DNA of 45,359 nucleotides from an uncultured Selenomonadaceae bacterium (GTDB lineage Bacteria; Bacillota; Negativicutes; Selenomonadales; Selenomonadaceae): NCBI GenBank assembly GCA_905234045.1, contig CAJOGS010000002.1, positions 1 to 45,359 of the forward strand, read 5' to 3'. Shown piece by piece: positions 27,852 to 35,577 of this stretch (position 1 is its first letter; each line of letters starts with the position of its first letter). The notes under the pieces were generated by a model. It saw only the letters and a program-made list of their open reading frames with translations, ran no database searches and was not told where the DNA came from. The position numbers and the translations under genes were made by a program.

Positions 27852-29822
27852 CTATCTCAACGCCTCTGCAATCGCCGCATCTACTGCAATTTGTTGCAAT
27901 AGAATATCCATTTCATCAGCTTTATTTTTCATTCCGAGTGCCAAATACATTTCTTTAGCTTGATTCGCCGCTTCTGTTGCGCGTACAAAATTTTTATCCG
28001 TGTAATGATATTGCGCCGACATTGCCGCCGCTTCAGCCTGAAATTTTTTATCATTAGTCTCTGAATATTTTTCAGAGGCTAAATCACATTTCTTTTGAAC
28101 AATGGCGGCGATTTTTTCTTCTTTCAGATCGTATAAACCTTCAATGGCGAGCATATAATACATTTGCGCCGTTAAATAGTCTTTTTCGTCAAAAGATTTA
28201 TCGCCCAACTTTTCAAAGTCGGTTGACGCTTTTCGCAATTCTTTCAAAGAATCCTCTGTAACTTTTTCTTCCAAAAGTTTCTTTTCTTTTGCATCTGAAA
28301 TTTGATTAAGCGCGTTACTTGTAATTTGTCGGTCGGCAGGATTATCAGATAAATTTCTTGCATTCATATAAGCCGCTTGCGCTCCTTCCAAATCGCCGGC
28401 GGCTAATAATTCATCGCCTTTTTTAAGTGCGTCTGAAATGGCAACTTGTTTTTTGTCGTTCAAAACTTTTTCTTTTTCTCCTTGTAATTGCGCCTTTTTA
28501 TCGTAAATATTTGCAATACCTTGAGTGGCTCTTTGTTGCCCCGAAACATCTTTCAATAATTCGGCACGTTCCCGCGCTTTCAAATACATTCCTTCGGCTT
28601 CATCAAAATTATTATTGGAAAAAGCATGATCGCCGAGCATAATAAATTCGTCCATACTGATATAATTTTGAATGGCGTTCATTCGTTGGAAAATGTAATC
28701 ATAAACTTTTTTGCTTGACACTTCAGAATTTTTTAAAGCGTTTTTGAAGGCAATATATGAGGCGTTGTAATGTTCATTAAAAAATAAATCATCGCCGCGA
28801 ATAATTTCATCAATGAGAATCAAATATGCTTGCAAATCGCCTTCTTTTTGTTTCTCGTCCAAAGACTTTGCCAATTTTAATGCCTCTTGCCCGGTTTCTT
28901 GAGCACGAACAAAACTGGCAGCATCCATATAAGTAAGAGTTGAATTAATTAATTTGTCCAGTGTTTCAACCTTGTTTTTATGCCACGAATGAAATAAATA
29001 AGCAATTATCGCAATTACAATTATTACAATTGTAGTTATGACTGCAATTTTGATGTACAAAAGGCGTTTATGTTCACGTTCGGGATCTCGAAATGCTTTA
29101 TTTACAAAAATTGCGGCGACGGTATAACTTTTTAAATCTTTAGGCTGTCTTGAAAGTAAAACATCTTCCAAAAGGTCTATCGATTCTTGCGGCTCGTCAG
29201 ATGCTTCAGAAAAAATTTCATCTATTTCTTGAGAGTCTACATTTTCCCAAATTCCTTGAGAATACAACGCTATAATGTCTGTATCTTCCAATTTTTCAAC
29301 CTTTGATATAAAGGGGTCGAAAAAATCTTTTTTGCCGAGATACGTGTATAAATTATGGCGTTCTTCGTGCTTGTCAAGCAAAGTTTCATTTTCGCCTTTT
29401 TCGATTAAATCATTGGCAAGCGACATATCTTTTGAATTAAGAAATAATCTGCCCTTCCTGTACATGCGAAGACGCACATTGCCCGCCGATACATAACGAA
29501 ATTTTTCATAGTCGGTAACAACCATTATAACTGACGCTTTCAATCTGTGATTGTGCGCAGAATTATACAAGCGTTCATTTGTTTCTTTCATATACTGAAA
29601 AAGCGTGGATCTTGTCATTGAAGGCTTTTCTTCAAAACTTAAAATTAAATGTTCCACAGCTTCTTTTGCCGCAACCGAACTTTCAAAATCCGTTATACCG
29701 CTTGCCAAAACGTAGCAAGCATAATTGTCATATTCAACAAATGCAAAATAATCGTTGTTTTTAAGTTTCGCTCCGGCTTCCGATACAAATGCTGTCTTAA
29801 AAATGCTGTTGGATTTTCTCAT
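27852..29822 (-). CDS. Bitopic protein: degenerate PP2C-like domain - TM helix - TPR-like helical repeats
   Basis: PP2C-like layout, but the acidic metal-ligand motifs read LASGITDF, AGNVRL and YSQGIW. TM segment IAVITTIVIIVIAIIAYLF. About 370 aa of repetitive helical A/K/E-rich sequence follow. Confidence 0.6.
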   Translation of the reverse strand: MRKSNSIFKTAFVSEAGAKLKNNDYFAFVEYDNYACYVLASGITDFESSVAAKEAVEHLILSFEEKPSMTRSTLFQYMKETNERLYNSAHNHRLKASVIMVVTDYEKFRYVSAGNVRLRMYRKGRLFLNSKDMSLANDLIEKGENETLLDKHEERHNLYTYLGKKDFFDPFISKVEKLEDTDIIALYSQGIWENVDSQEIDEIFSEASDEPQESIDLLEDVLLSRQPKDLKSYTVAAIFVNKAFRDPEREHKRLLYIKIAVITTIVIIVIAIIAYLFHSWHKNKVETLDKLINSTLTYMDAASFVRAQETGQEALKLAKSLDEKQKEGDLQAYLILIDEIIRGDDLFFNEHYNASYIAFKNALKNSEVSSKKVYDYIFQRMNAIQNYISMDEFIMLGDHAFSNNNFDEAEGMYLKARERAELLKDVSGQQRATQGIANIYDKKAQLQGEKEKVLNDKKQVAISDALKKGDELLAAGDLEGAQAAYMNARNLSDNPADRQITSNALNQISDAKEKKLLEEKVTEDSLKELRKASTDFEKLGDKSFDEKDYLTAQMYYMLAIEGLYDLKEEKIAAIVQKKCDLASEKYSETNDKKFQAEAAAMSAQYHYTDKNFVRATEAANQAKEMYLALGMKNKADEMDILLQQIAVDAAIAEALR

Positions 29823-29831
29823 ATTCTGGCC

Positions 29832-30653
29832 TCATTTTTTCCGACAAATTAAAACTGTCGCATTGTCTTTGTAAACCATTGGCGAATTTTTAACCATCTT
29901 TACAATATTATCTGCCACATCTTGTACCGAAGAAAATTTTTCCAACGCCTGTTCAATGTCTACCCAACGAACAACATTAAAAATGCCTTCGCTCATCATT
30001 ACAACAATATCATCGTCATCAAGTAAAAGCGGTTTATCAAAAATTTCTATTTCTTGAAAACTGTCTTGTCCAAGTATATTGTAACGTCGGTGTTCATTCA
30101 ACAATGCAAGCGTATCTTGTTTTGAAATTTTTCCTTCGTTGTAGGCGTGTCTGGCAAGTACATCTACAGTTTGACCTTCTGAAACAGGAATTAAATCGCC
30201 GTGTCGAAAAATGGCTACTCTGATATTTCCGACCAATGTATAAAATAATTGTGAATCACTTATTATGACGGCGGCTATTGAACTTTCGCCTTGTCTTTCC
30301 TCCAAAGTGTTAATAATTTTTTTATTGGCGGCATTTGCGGCGCGTTTAAAAAAATATTGCGGTTGTAAGGCGGCTTTTTCTGTTTCAAATAATTCTCTGA
30401 ATGTGTCAACCGCCAATTTTGCCGCAATATTTCCGTTTTCATGCAGACCGTCAGCCAATAACATCAGCAAGTCGTTGTTACTTTTTTTAACTGCGAAATA
30501 ATCTTGTTGTACTTCACGAGTGCCCAAAGTTGTTGCCGCGCCGAGTTCGTAATCAGTTTGGATAAATTTTTCTTTATGCAATTCGTGAATTCTCAAAATG
30601 TGCAAGACTACCATTGCCAAGAATAAAATTGCAGAAATTAAAACGTCTGCCAT
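29832..30653 (-). CDS. Membrane-anchored PP2C-like protein with partly degenerate catalytic motifs
   Basis: N-terminal TM segment. GTREVQQDYF...LLADGLHENGNIAAKLA, VGNIRVAIF in place of GDSR, and MMSEGIF in place of SDG. Confidence 0.65.
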   Translation of the reverse strand: MADVLISAILFLAMVVLHILRIHELHKEKFIQTDYELGAATTLGTREVQQDYFAVKKSNNDLLMLLADGLHENGNIAAKLAVDTFRELFETEKAALQPQYFFKRAANAANKKIINTLEERQGESSIAAVIISDSQLFYTLVGNIRVAIFRHGDLIPVSEGQTVDVLARHAYNEGKISKQDTLALLNEHRRYNILGQDSFQEIEIFDKPLLLDDDDIVVMMSEGIFNVVRWVDIEQALEKFSSVQDVADNIVKMVKNSPMVYKDNATVLICRKK

Positions 30654-31201
30654 TAATTTGATTCCTTTCCAAACTGCAAATATTTTTTATCGTCAGGAGT
30701 CGGAACATCTTCCCAGCGAAAATGATCTCCGCAAAAAGGTATAAACAAAAATTTACTGTTGCCGAGTTCGATAACATCGTAAACACTTAAAACCGTCGGC
30801 GAATATAATGCCGTGTCATTGTGATAGACTAAGCCGTTTGAATCGCCCGGCAATAAAACTGTTTCATGTCTTTTGGGATCGTAAACTATAACCGCGTGAT
30901 TGCGTCTGGAAATTTTATTGTCTCCCAAAATTTGTATGTCCATATCGTCGGCGCGTCCCACAAAATTTTTGCCTTCGTGAATTTTATAATCTTTGCCCTT
31001 GCGCGGCCCTTCAATGCAAACAATCCAGCCGCAAACCGGATGAATTTCAATCATTAAAAGCGCGTCTATTGCATCGTCGTCCATTTTCGGGACTTCTTTT
31101 TTTTCGGGCGTGGCAGTTTCAAGGTTGCAATACGGACAAATTGTGCCGTATCTGCGTGAACTGAAAAGATGTCCGTTTTGACAGCGAATTAAACCATTCA
31201 T
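30653..31201 (-). CDS. Zinc-ribbon + FHA domain protein
   Basis: CQNGH...CPYC at the N-terminus. Canonical FHA signature FVGRADDMDIQI...ISRRNHAVI...GDSNGLVYHN. Confidence 0.8.
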   Translation of the reverse strand: MNGLIRCQNGHLFSSRRYGTICPYCNLETATPEKKEVPKMDDDAIDALLMIEIHPVCGWIVCIEGPRKGKDYKIHEGKNFVGRADDMDIQILGDNKISRRNHAVIVYDPKRHETVLLPGDSNGLVYHNDTALYSPTVLSVYDVIELGNSKFLFIPFCGDHFRWEDVPTPDDKKYLQFGKESN

Positions 31202-31213
31202 AAAAAACCTTCC

Positions 31214-31744
31214 CTAGTCGGCAACTTTTAATTGACAGTTGCCGATTAAAATAATATCTCCAAAATCTAATTTACAGGGCTCTTTTGCACTCAATTTGTA
31301 TGATTTTTTTTCACCGAATTTTTTTATTGAAATTCCGTTGCGGCTGTCAAGGTCTTCGACGTACCAATTACCGTTGGCATAATTTAATATTGCATGCTCC
31401 ACTTCAACCGTTGCCGCGTAGGAACTTTGGCTTAAATCTATGTCAACAAAATTTTCTCCGATATCCTTGCCGATCAGCATTGAAACTTTTCCATAAAGAT
31501 CCCAATTTTTTACGGGATTTCCATTTTCATCAATCAAAAAAATTTGTTGAATACGTCTGAAGGATTCATTTGTTTCAGTTTTTTCGGAACTGTATAAAAT
31601 CCAAGCCGAATGAAAAAAAACGCCCACACCAAAAGCAGCGAGCAAAATTTTTAACGTAAAATTAAATTCGCCGGTGTAGACGCTAAGTACAAAAAGCACT
31701 GAAATTATTCCAATCAGAGTTGTATATAAATTATATCTTGACAT
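31214..31744 (-). CDS. Membrane-anchored (2 TM) divergent FHA domain protein
   Basis: Two N-terminal hydrophobic helices. FHA-like LIGKDIGENFVDIDL...VEHAIL...EDLDSRNGISI...GDIILIG, in which the pThr-contacting Arg/Ser positions appear substituted. Confidence 0.6.
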   Translation of the reverse strand: MSRYNLYTTLIGIISVLFVLSVYTGEFNFTLKILLAAFGVGVFFHSAWILYSSEKTETNESFRRIQQIFLIDENGNPVKNWDLYGKVSMLIGKDIGENFVDIDLSQSSYAATVEVEHAILNYANGNWYVEDLDSRNGISIKKFGEKKSYKLSAKEPCKLDFGDIILIGNCQLKVAD

Positions 31745-31747
31745 TAT

Positions 31748-32218
31748 TTACTTTTTGAACCCCATGAACTTTTCAAAAAAATCTGTTGTATCGAGAGGAT
31801 TTTTTGGGCGTTTATCTTTAGAAAATGTATTGAGCTTGTCTTCGTTTGTAACTTCGTGATTTTTGGGATTAAAGCCGAAGAAACTTTCAAAACTGCTGTG
31901 AATATTTTCAAAATCCACTTTGCCTGATGAAGTATTTGTACTTGTGCGCTTGGTTTTTGGCGTTGCCGTTTCGTGCGCAGATTTTTTTTGACCTTGATTT
32001 TTTGATTCGGCGTCAAGTTTTTTGTTGTAGTCGATACGTTTAACTTCATCTGACAGCGTATCATACGCAACATTAATTTCACGCATTTTTCGTTCGGCAG
32101 TTTTGGGATCATCACGATTTAAATCGGGATGCCATTTTTTCGCAAGCCTTTTATACGCCTTCTTCAAATCTTTTGGCGTAACATCTTTGTCAACGCCCAG
32201 TATTTCATAATAGTTCAT
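31748..32218 (-). CDS. J-domain (DnaJ-like) protein without Zn-finger or substrate-binding domains
   Basis: [34 protein letters not shown] with an intact HPD motif. The C-terminal half is low complexity. Confidence 0.9.
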   Translation of the reverse strand: MNYYEILGVDKDVTPKDLKKAYKRLAKKWHPDLNRDDPKTAERKMREINVAYDTLSDEVKRIDYNKKLDAESKNQGQKKSAHETATPKTKRTSTNTSSGKVDFENIHSSFESFFGFNPKNHEVTNEDKLNTFSKDKRPKNPLDTTDFFEKFMGFKK

Positions 32219-32643
32219 TATTGAAAGCCGCCTGTAACTTTAACATCAGCCAATTTATTTTTCATCTGCTTAATTACAAGAGTAAATTCTCCGACGCCTT
32301 CGTCATTTTCAAAATCCTCATGATAATCGACAATAAAGGCGTTCGGCAATTCGTATTGACGGGTAGTTATGCCGCCGGAATTTACTTTAACCTTTACACT
32401 GCGATAAGCCTCTTTTTTCTCTGCAGGAACAATCGACCATTCCATAAGTTTTGCAGTGCTGTCAGCCGCATTTCCCGCTTGTGAAGTATCAGGCAAAATC
32501 TTGCCTTTAATAATCATTGTAACGCCGACATCTTTTGTGCGGGCGCGACTGTCTTGAGGAATTTCAACTTTAAAAATAATTTGCCGCGTGCTTTCTTCTT
32601 CCAAATTAATTTCGGGATCAGCCGTGCTAAAAAGTAACGCCAT
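32218..32643 (-). CDS. Hcp-like tube protein, paralogue 2 (141 aa)
   Basis: Paralogue of 32659-33084, with Hcp/TssD-like size and block structure (see 19573-20691). SD is AAGGCGGTG. Confidence 0.65.
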   Translation of the reverse strand: MALLFSTADPEINLEEESTRQIIFKVEIPQDSRARTKDVGVTMIIKGKILPDTSQAGNAADSTAKLMEWSIVPAEKKEAYRSVKVKVNSGGITTRQYELPNAFIVDYHEDFENDEGVGEFTLVIKQMKNKLADVKVTGGFQ

Positions 32644-32658
32644 ATCAATTCACCGCCT

Positions 32659-33084
32659 TTACGCTTCAAAATTGCCTTTCAATTCAACTTTTGCCGTCAA
32701 ATCTTTTTTCTGTTTGACTAAGAGGGTAAATGTGCCGACTCCCTCATCGTCATTCAAATCTTCGGCATAGTCCATAACAAATGCATTTGGATATTTGTAC
32801 TGTCTTACAATCTGCCCGCCGTTTACAACTTGAATTTGAACTTCACGGTAGCAATCAGATTTATCCGAAGGCATTAACGCCCAATTCGCCAATTCAACTG
32901 TGCTGTCTTCAACTGCTGCGCCGAGTGAAAAATTAATTCTGCCGACGATTTTTAAAATTACTCCCAAATCTGTTGAACGCGCATTTGATGCATCCGGCGT
33001 ATCAGAAATAAAATTCACCGCAGTAATAACGCCTTCATCAAATTCAACGTTTTTGCCGCCTGTAATTTTGCAACGAAAACCCAT
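32659..33084 (-). CDS. Hcp-like tube protein, paralogue 1 (141 aa)
   Basis: It lies immediately downstream of the sheath gene and has a strong SD (AAAGGAGG). Sequence pattern ...LGVILKIVGRI...WALMP...YREVQIQVVNGGQIVRQYKYPNAFVMDYAEDLNDDEGVGTFTLLVKQ. Confidence 0.65.
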   Translation of the reverse strand: MGFRCKITGGKNVEFDEGVITAVNFISDTPDASNARSTDLGVILKIVGRINFSLGAAVEDSTVELANWALMPSDKSDCYREVQIQVVNGGQIVRQYKYPNAFVMDYAEDLNDDEGVGTFTLLVKQKKDLTAKVELKGNFEA

Positions 33085-33132
33085 AATGCAAAACCTCCTT
33101 TAAAAAATTTTTTATACGTTTTTATTAAATTT

Positions 33133-35322
33133 TTATACGTGTTTATTTGAAGTTGTACGATTGGTTTCAATTTCAAGATTTTTAATGTTGCCGTTAAATG
33201 TGATATTCAATGTGCAAATGCCGTTTTCTTCGTCAATGGTGTAGTCAAGCGCATCGCCCGTGCCGATAATTGCATTGAGTTTTTCGCGTTTATCAAGCCA
33301 CTTGCTGGACTGAGAATTTGGATTGGTACTGAAAAAACGAACAATTTTGTCCTGTTTGAAATCGCCCGACATATTACGCAAAATTCTTTCAATGTAAGTT
33401 GTTACCTGCGTTTTATAAATCGGCTCGTAAACGCCGTTATCTTCGTCGTAAAGCAAATTACGAGTTTTATAAATCATAATATTTGTAATTGGCAAGCCGT
33501 TATACTGAGCATTTTCAGAGGAGAAAACAAAGCCGAAACATTTTTTGTTAATTTCCTGCTTGATTGGATTGGTAAAGCCGGTAATTTCTTTTGCAAGCGT
33601 GGTATAAACCATGAGAGAATTATCATCAGCCTCAAGATCGAAACGTACGCCCGGCAATTCGTTATCAATGTTACGGCGGAAAATCATCTTCAAATATTCA
33701 GGGTCCTGATAAGTGGCAACAATACCCGCTGCAACATACGCCGCGCCGACATATACGCCGTCTATCCAAAGTTTCATAATATCTTGTTTTGCACTTGAAA
33801 CCTCTGCAAGATTATTTTCGTTCAAAGTCATCTTTGTATCAAGGATAACGCCGGATTTATCTTTCGGAATAATTGTGAAGTTCGGGAAACAAGGAATTGC
33901 AAATTCACTGAAAGATTTTGAAGTAAGCGGGAGAGTCTTATCAATGTATTTTTCAATGCCTTCAGTTGCCATTGCGTTAAAAGTATTCTTTTCTGAAGAT
34001 GCAAAACTAAAGAAACATTGTACGCGGAAATCTTTCAGTACGTCCAAAATTCTTGTAAGCGATTCAATAGTATTGACATCGTTGTTTATGACTTCGGCAT
34101 TGCCTTTAAATCTTTGACGAGTCAATTTAGTTTTTGCGCCCGCGTCAAATGCAACGTTCGGGAAAATTGCATACCAAATTGTATGATCAAAATTATTTTT
34201 GCCGTTAACAGTGTTCAAATATGTAATAAGGCGCGGAATGTTCGGAGTTTTGATAATCATTTCATTGCTGATATTTGTTATAAGCAAAGTAGGTTTCATG
34301 CCGCGCAATTTTGAAGGATACTGTTCAAAAAATAATTTTACGCCAAGAATTTTTTCAATCAGCGGCTTAACAGTTTTAATGAAATCGTCTTTTGATTCTT
34401 TGTAGAATTGCAGATAGTTATTATAGTTTTCAATTTCCTTTGAAACGTCAATTTCACTGACCATAGTTGAAGGGAGCGGGCAAAATGTTCTTGTTACCAA
34501 TGCTTTTACATAGTCATTGTGATCTTCGTTCAGTGCCTCGTAATCTTCGCCGATAACTTCAATCAAGCCTTCGTTAACTTTATCGTCCAAAGTTACAAGC
34601 GCGGTTGATTCTTCTTTCTTTGGAGCCTCGATAACTTTTAATTCGCCTTCTTCGCCCATAGTAAGGACACCAAGCGCAAGCGGTGTGCCGTCTGAACCGC
34701 CGCCGCCGGAAGTCAAAAGCAGACGTGTTTTTATATCTTCAATCGCCAAAGGCAACATTGCCATTACATTATTGTAATTTGTGCTTGCCTCTTCCATCAT
34801 TACATTAAGTTTATCGCCGATGTCCAATTTTTTCGGGTCGTCATCTTCAAGTTGTACGTACTGCGAATAAACATAACGCAATTCTTTACGATTCTGTTTA
34901 ATGTCTTCAATAATTTTGTGCGGAGAAATTAAATCTGTAAGGTTTTCAAATTTAAAATCAACATTCAATAAACCCTGTGAGCGTTTGGCATCAACCAAAG
35001 TAAACAACATTTTCAAAAAGTCGTTTTGCATATTCAAATGAATTTCTGTCAAAAGGTCGTCGGGAATTGATTCAGGTTTTTTGAGCGTATACATAACCTT
35101 TTGATTGTTTGCATTGTAGAAAGAATATACAACAGGATCAAACTTTTCGATAAATTCATCGAAACTTTTTACACAGAGGTTTTCCAAAATTTCTTGAACT
35201 TTTTCATCAGATAAGCTGTCAAATCCTTTAACGTCTCCTATAAGAGTCAGCAAATCTAATTTTTCGGGATTAATCTCTTCAAAAAGCATCGTGCCATTCG
35301 TCTGATTAATAATTTTTGCCAT
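33133..35322 (-). CDS. Contractile sheath protein, apparent TssB(VipA)-TssC(VipB) fusion (729 aa)
   Basis: N-terminal LDLLTLIGDVKG...SFDEFIEKF parallels the VipA block LPLKTLVVGDFKG...NFEAVM. Downstream blocks parallel VipB: LWIDGVYVGAAYVAAGIV vs YLWGNTAFAFATRLTDSF, EFAIPCFPNFTIIPK vs YLGLTAPRFLLRVPY, and ELPGVRFDLE vs EDLPVHVF. The comparison is from memory, not a computed alignment. Confidence 0.65.
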   Translation of the reverse strand: MAKIINQTNGTMLFEEINPEKLDLLTLIGDVKGFDSLSDEKVQEILENLCVKSFDEFIEKFDPVVYSFYNANNQKVMYTLKKPESIPDDLLTEIHLNMQNDFLKMLFTLVDAKRSQGLLNVDFKFENLTDLISPHKIIEDIKQNRKELRYVYSQYVQLEDDDPKKLDIGDKLNVMMEEASTNYNNVMAMLPLAIEDIKTRLLLTSGGGGSDGTPLALGVLTMGEEGELKVIEAPKKEESTALVTLDDKVNEGLIEVIGEDYEALNEDHNDYVKALVTRTFCPLPSTMVSEIDVSKEIENYNNYLQFYKESKDDFIKTVKPLIEKILGVKLFFEQYPSKLRGMKPTLLITNISNEMIIKTPNIPRLITYLNTVNGKNNFDHTIWYAIFPNVAFDAGAKTKLTRQRFKGNAEVINNDVNTIESLTRILDVLKDFRVQCFFSFASSEKNTFNAMATEGIEKYIDKTLPLTSKSFSEFAIPCFPNFTIIPKDKSGVILDTKMTLNENNLAEVSSAKQDIMKLWIDGVYVGAAYVAAGIVATYQDPEYLKMIFRRNIDNELPGVRFDLEADDNSLMVYTTLAKEITGFTNPIKQEINKKCFGFVFSSENAQYNGLPITNIMIYKTRNLLYDEDNGVYEPIYKTQVTTYIERILRNMSGDFKQDKIVRFFSTNPNSQSSKWLDKREKLNAIIGTGDALDYTIDEENGICTLNITFNGNIKNLEIETNRTTSNKHV

Positions 35323-35499
35323 TCGATAAACCTCACTTTCAAATTTATCACTAAATTTATATTATTCTAACATTTTAAAATTTTTTTTACAACTTCCAAT
35401 TTAGGCTTACGGTCAATTTGTTTTACATTTAGTTATATTCAAAAAAAATTATTTTATGACAAAATTTTTTGAAAAAATTTTTTTAAATCAGCAATTTAT

Positions 35500-35528
35500 T
35501 TGATAAATCAAGGAAAATAATTTATACT
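35500..35528 (+). promoter_or_regulatory. Candidate sigma70-type promoter of the efflux operon
   Basis: TTGATA (35500-35505), a 17-nt spacer, then TATACT (35523-35528), about 50 nt upstream of the AAAGGAGG-ATG at 35578. Confidence 0.45.
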
Positions 35529-35577
35529 TACCATACATTATGAAATATAAATGTAAATATGATAAAGGAGGAGCCAT

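Noticed and set aside
31744-32115. 123-aa ORF overlapping the J-domain gene, and similar long alternative-frame or antisense ORFs (19608-20069, 11211-11660, 23161-23598, 26645-27013, 33713-34117, 14060-14464)
   Set aside because: Each is fully embedded in a longer ORF with clear domain content. The translations are low complexity or Lys/Phe/Leu-rich, as expected for off-frame AT-rich DNA, and none has start-site support.
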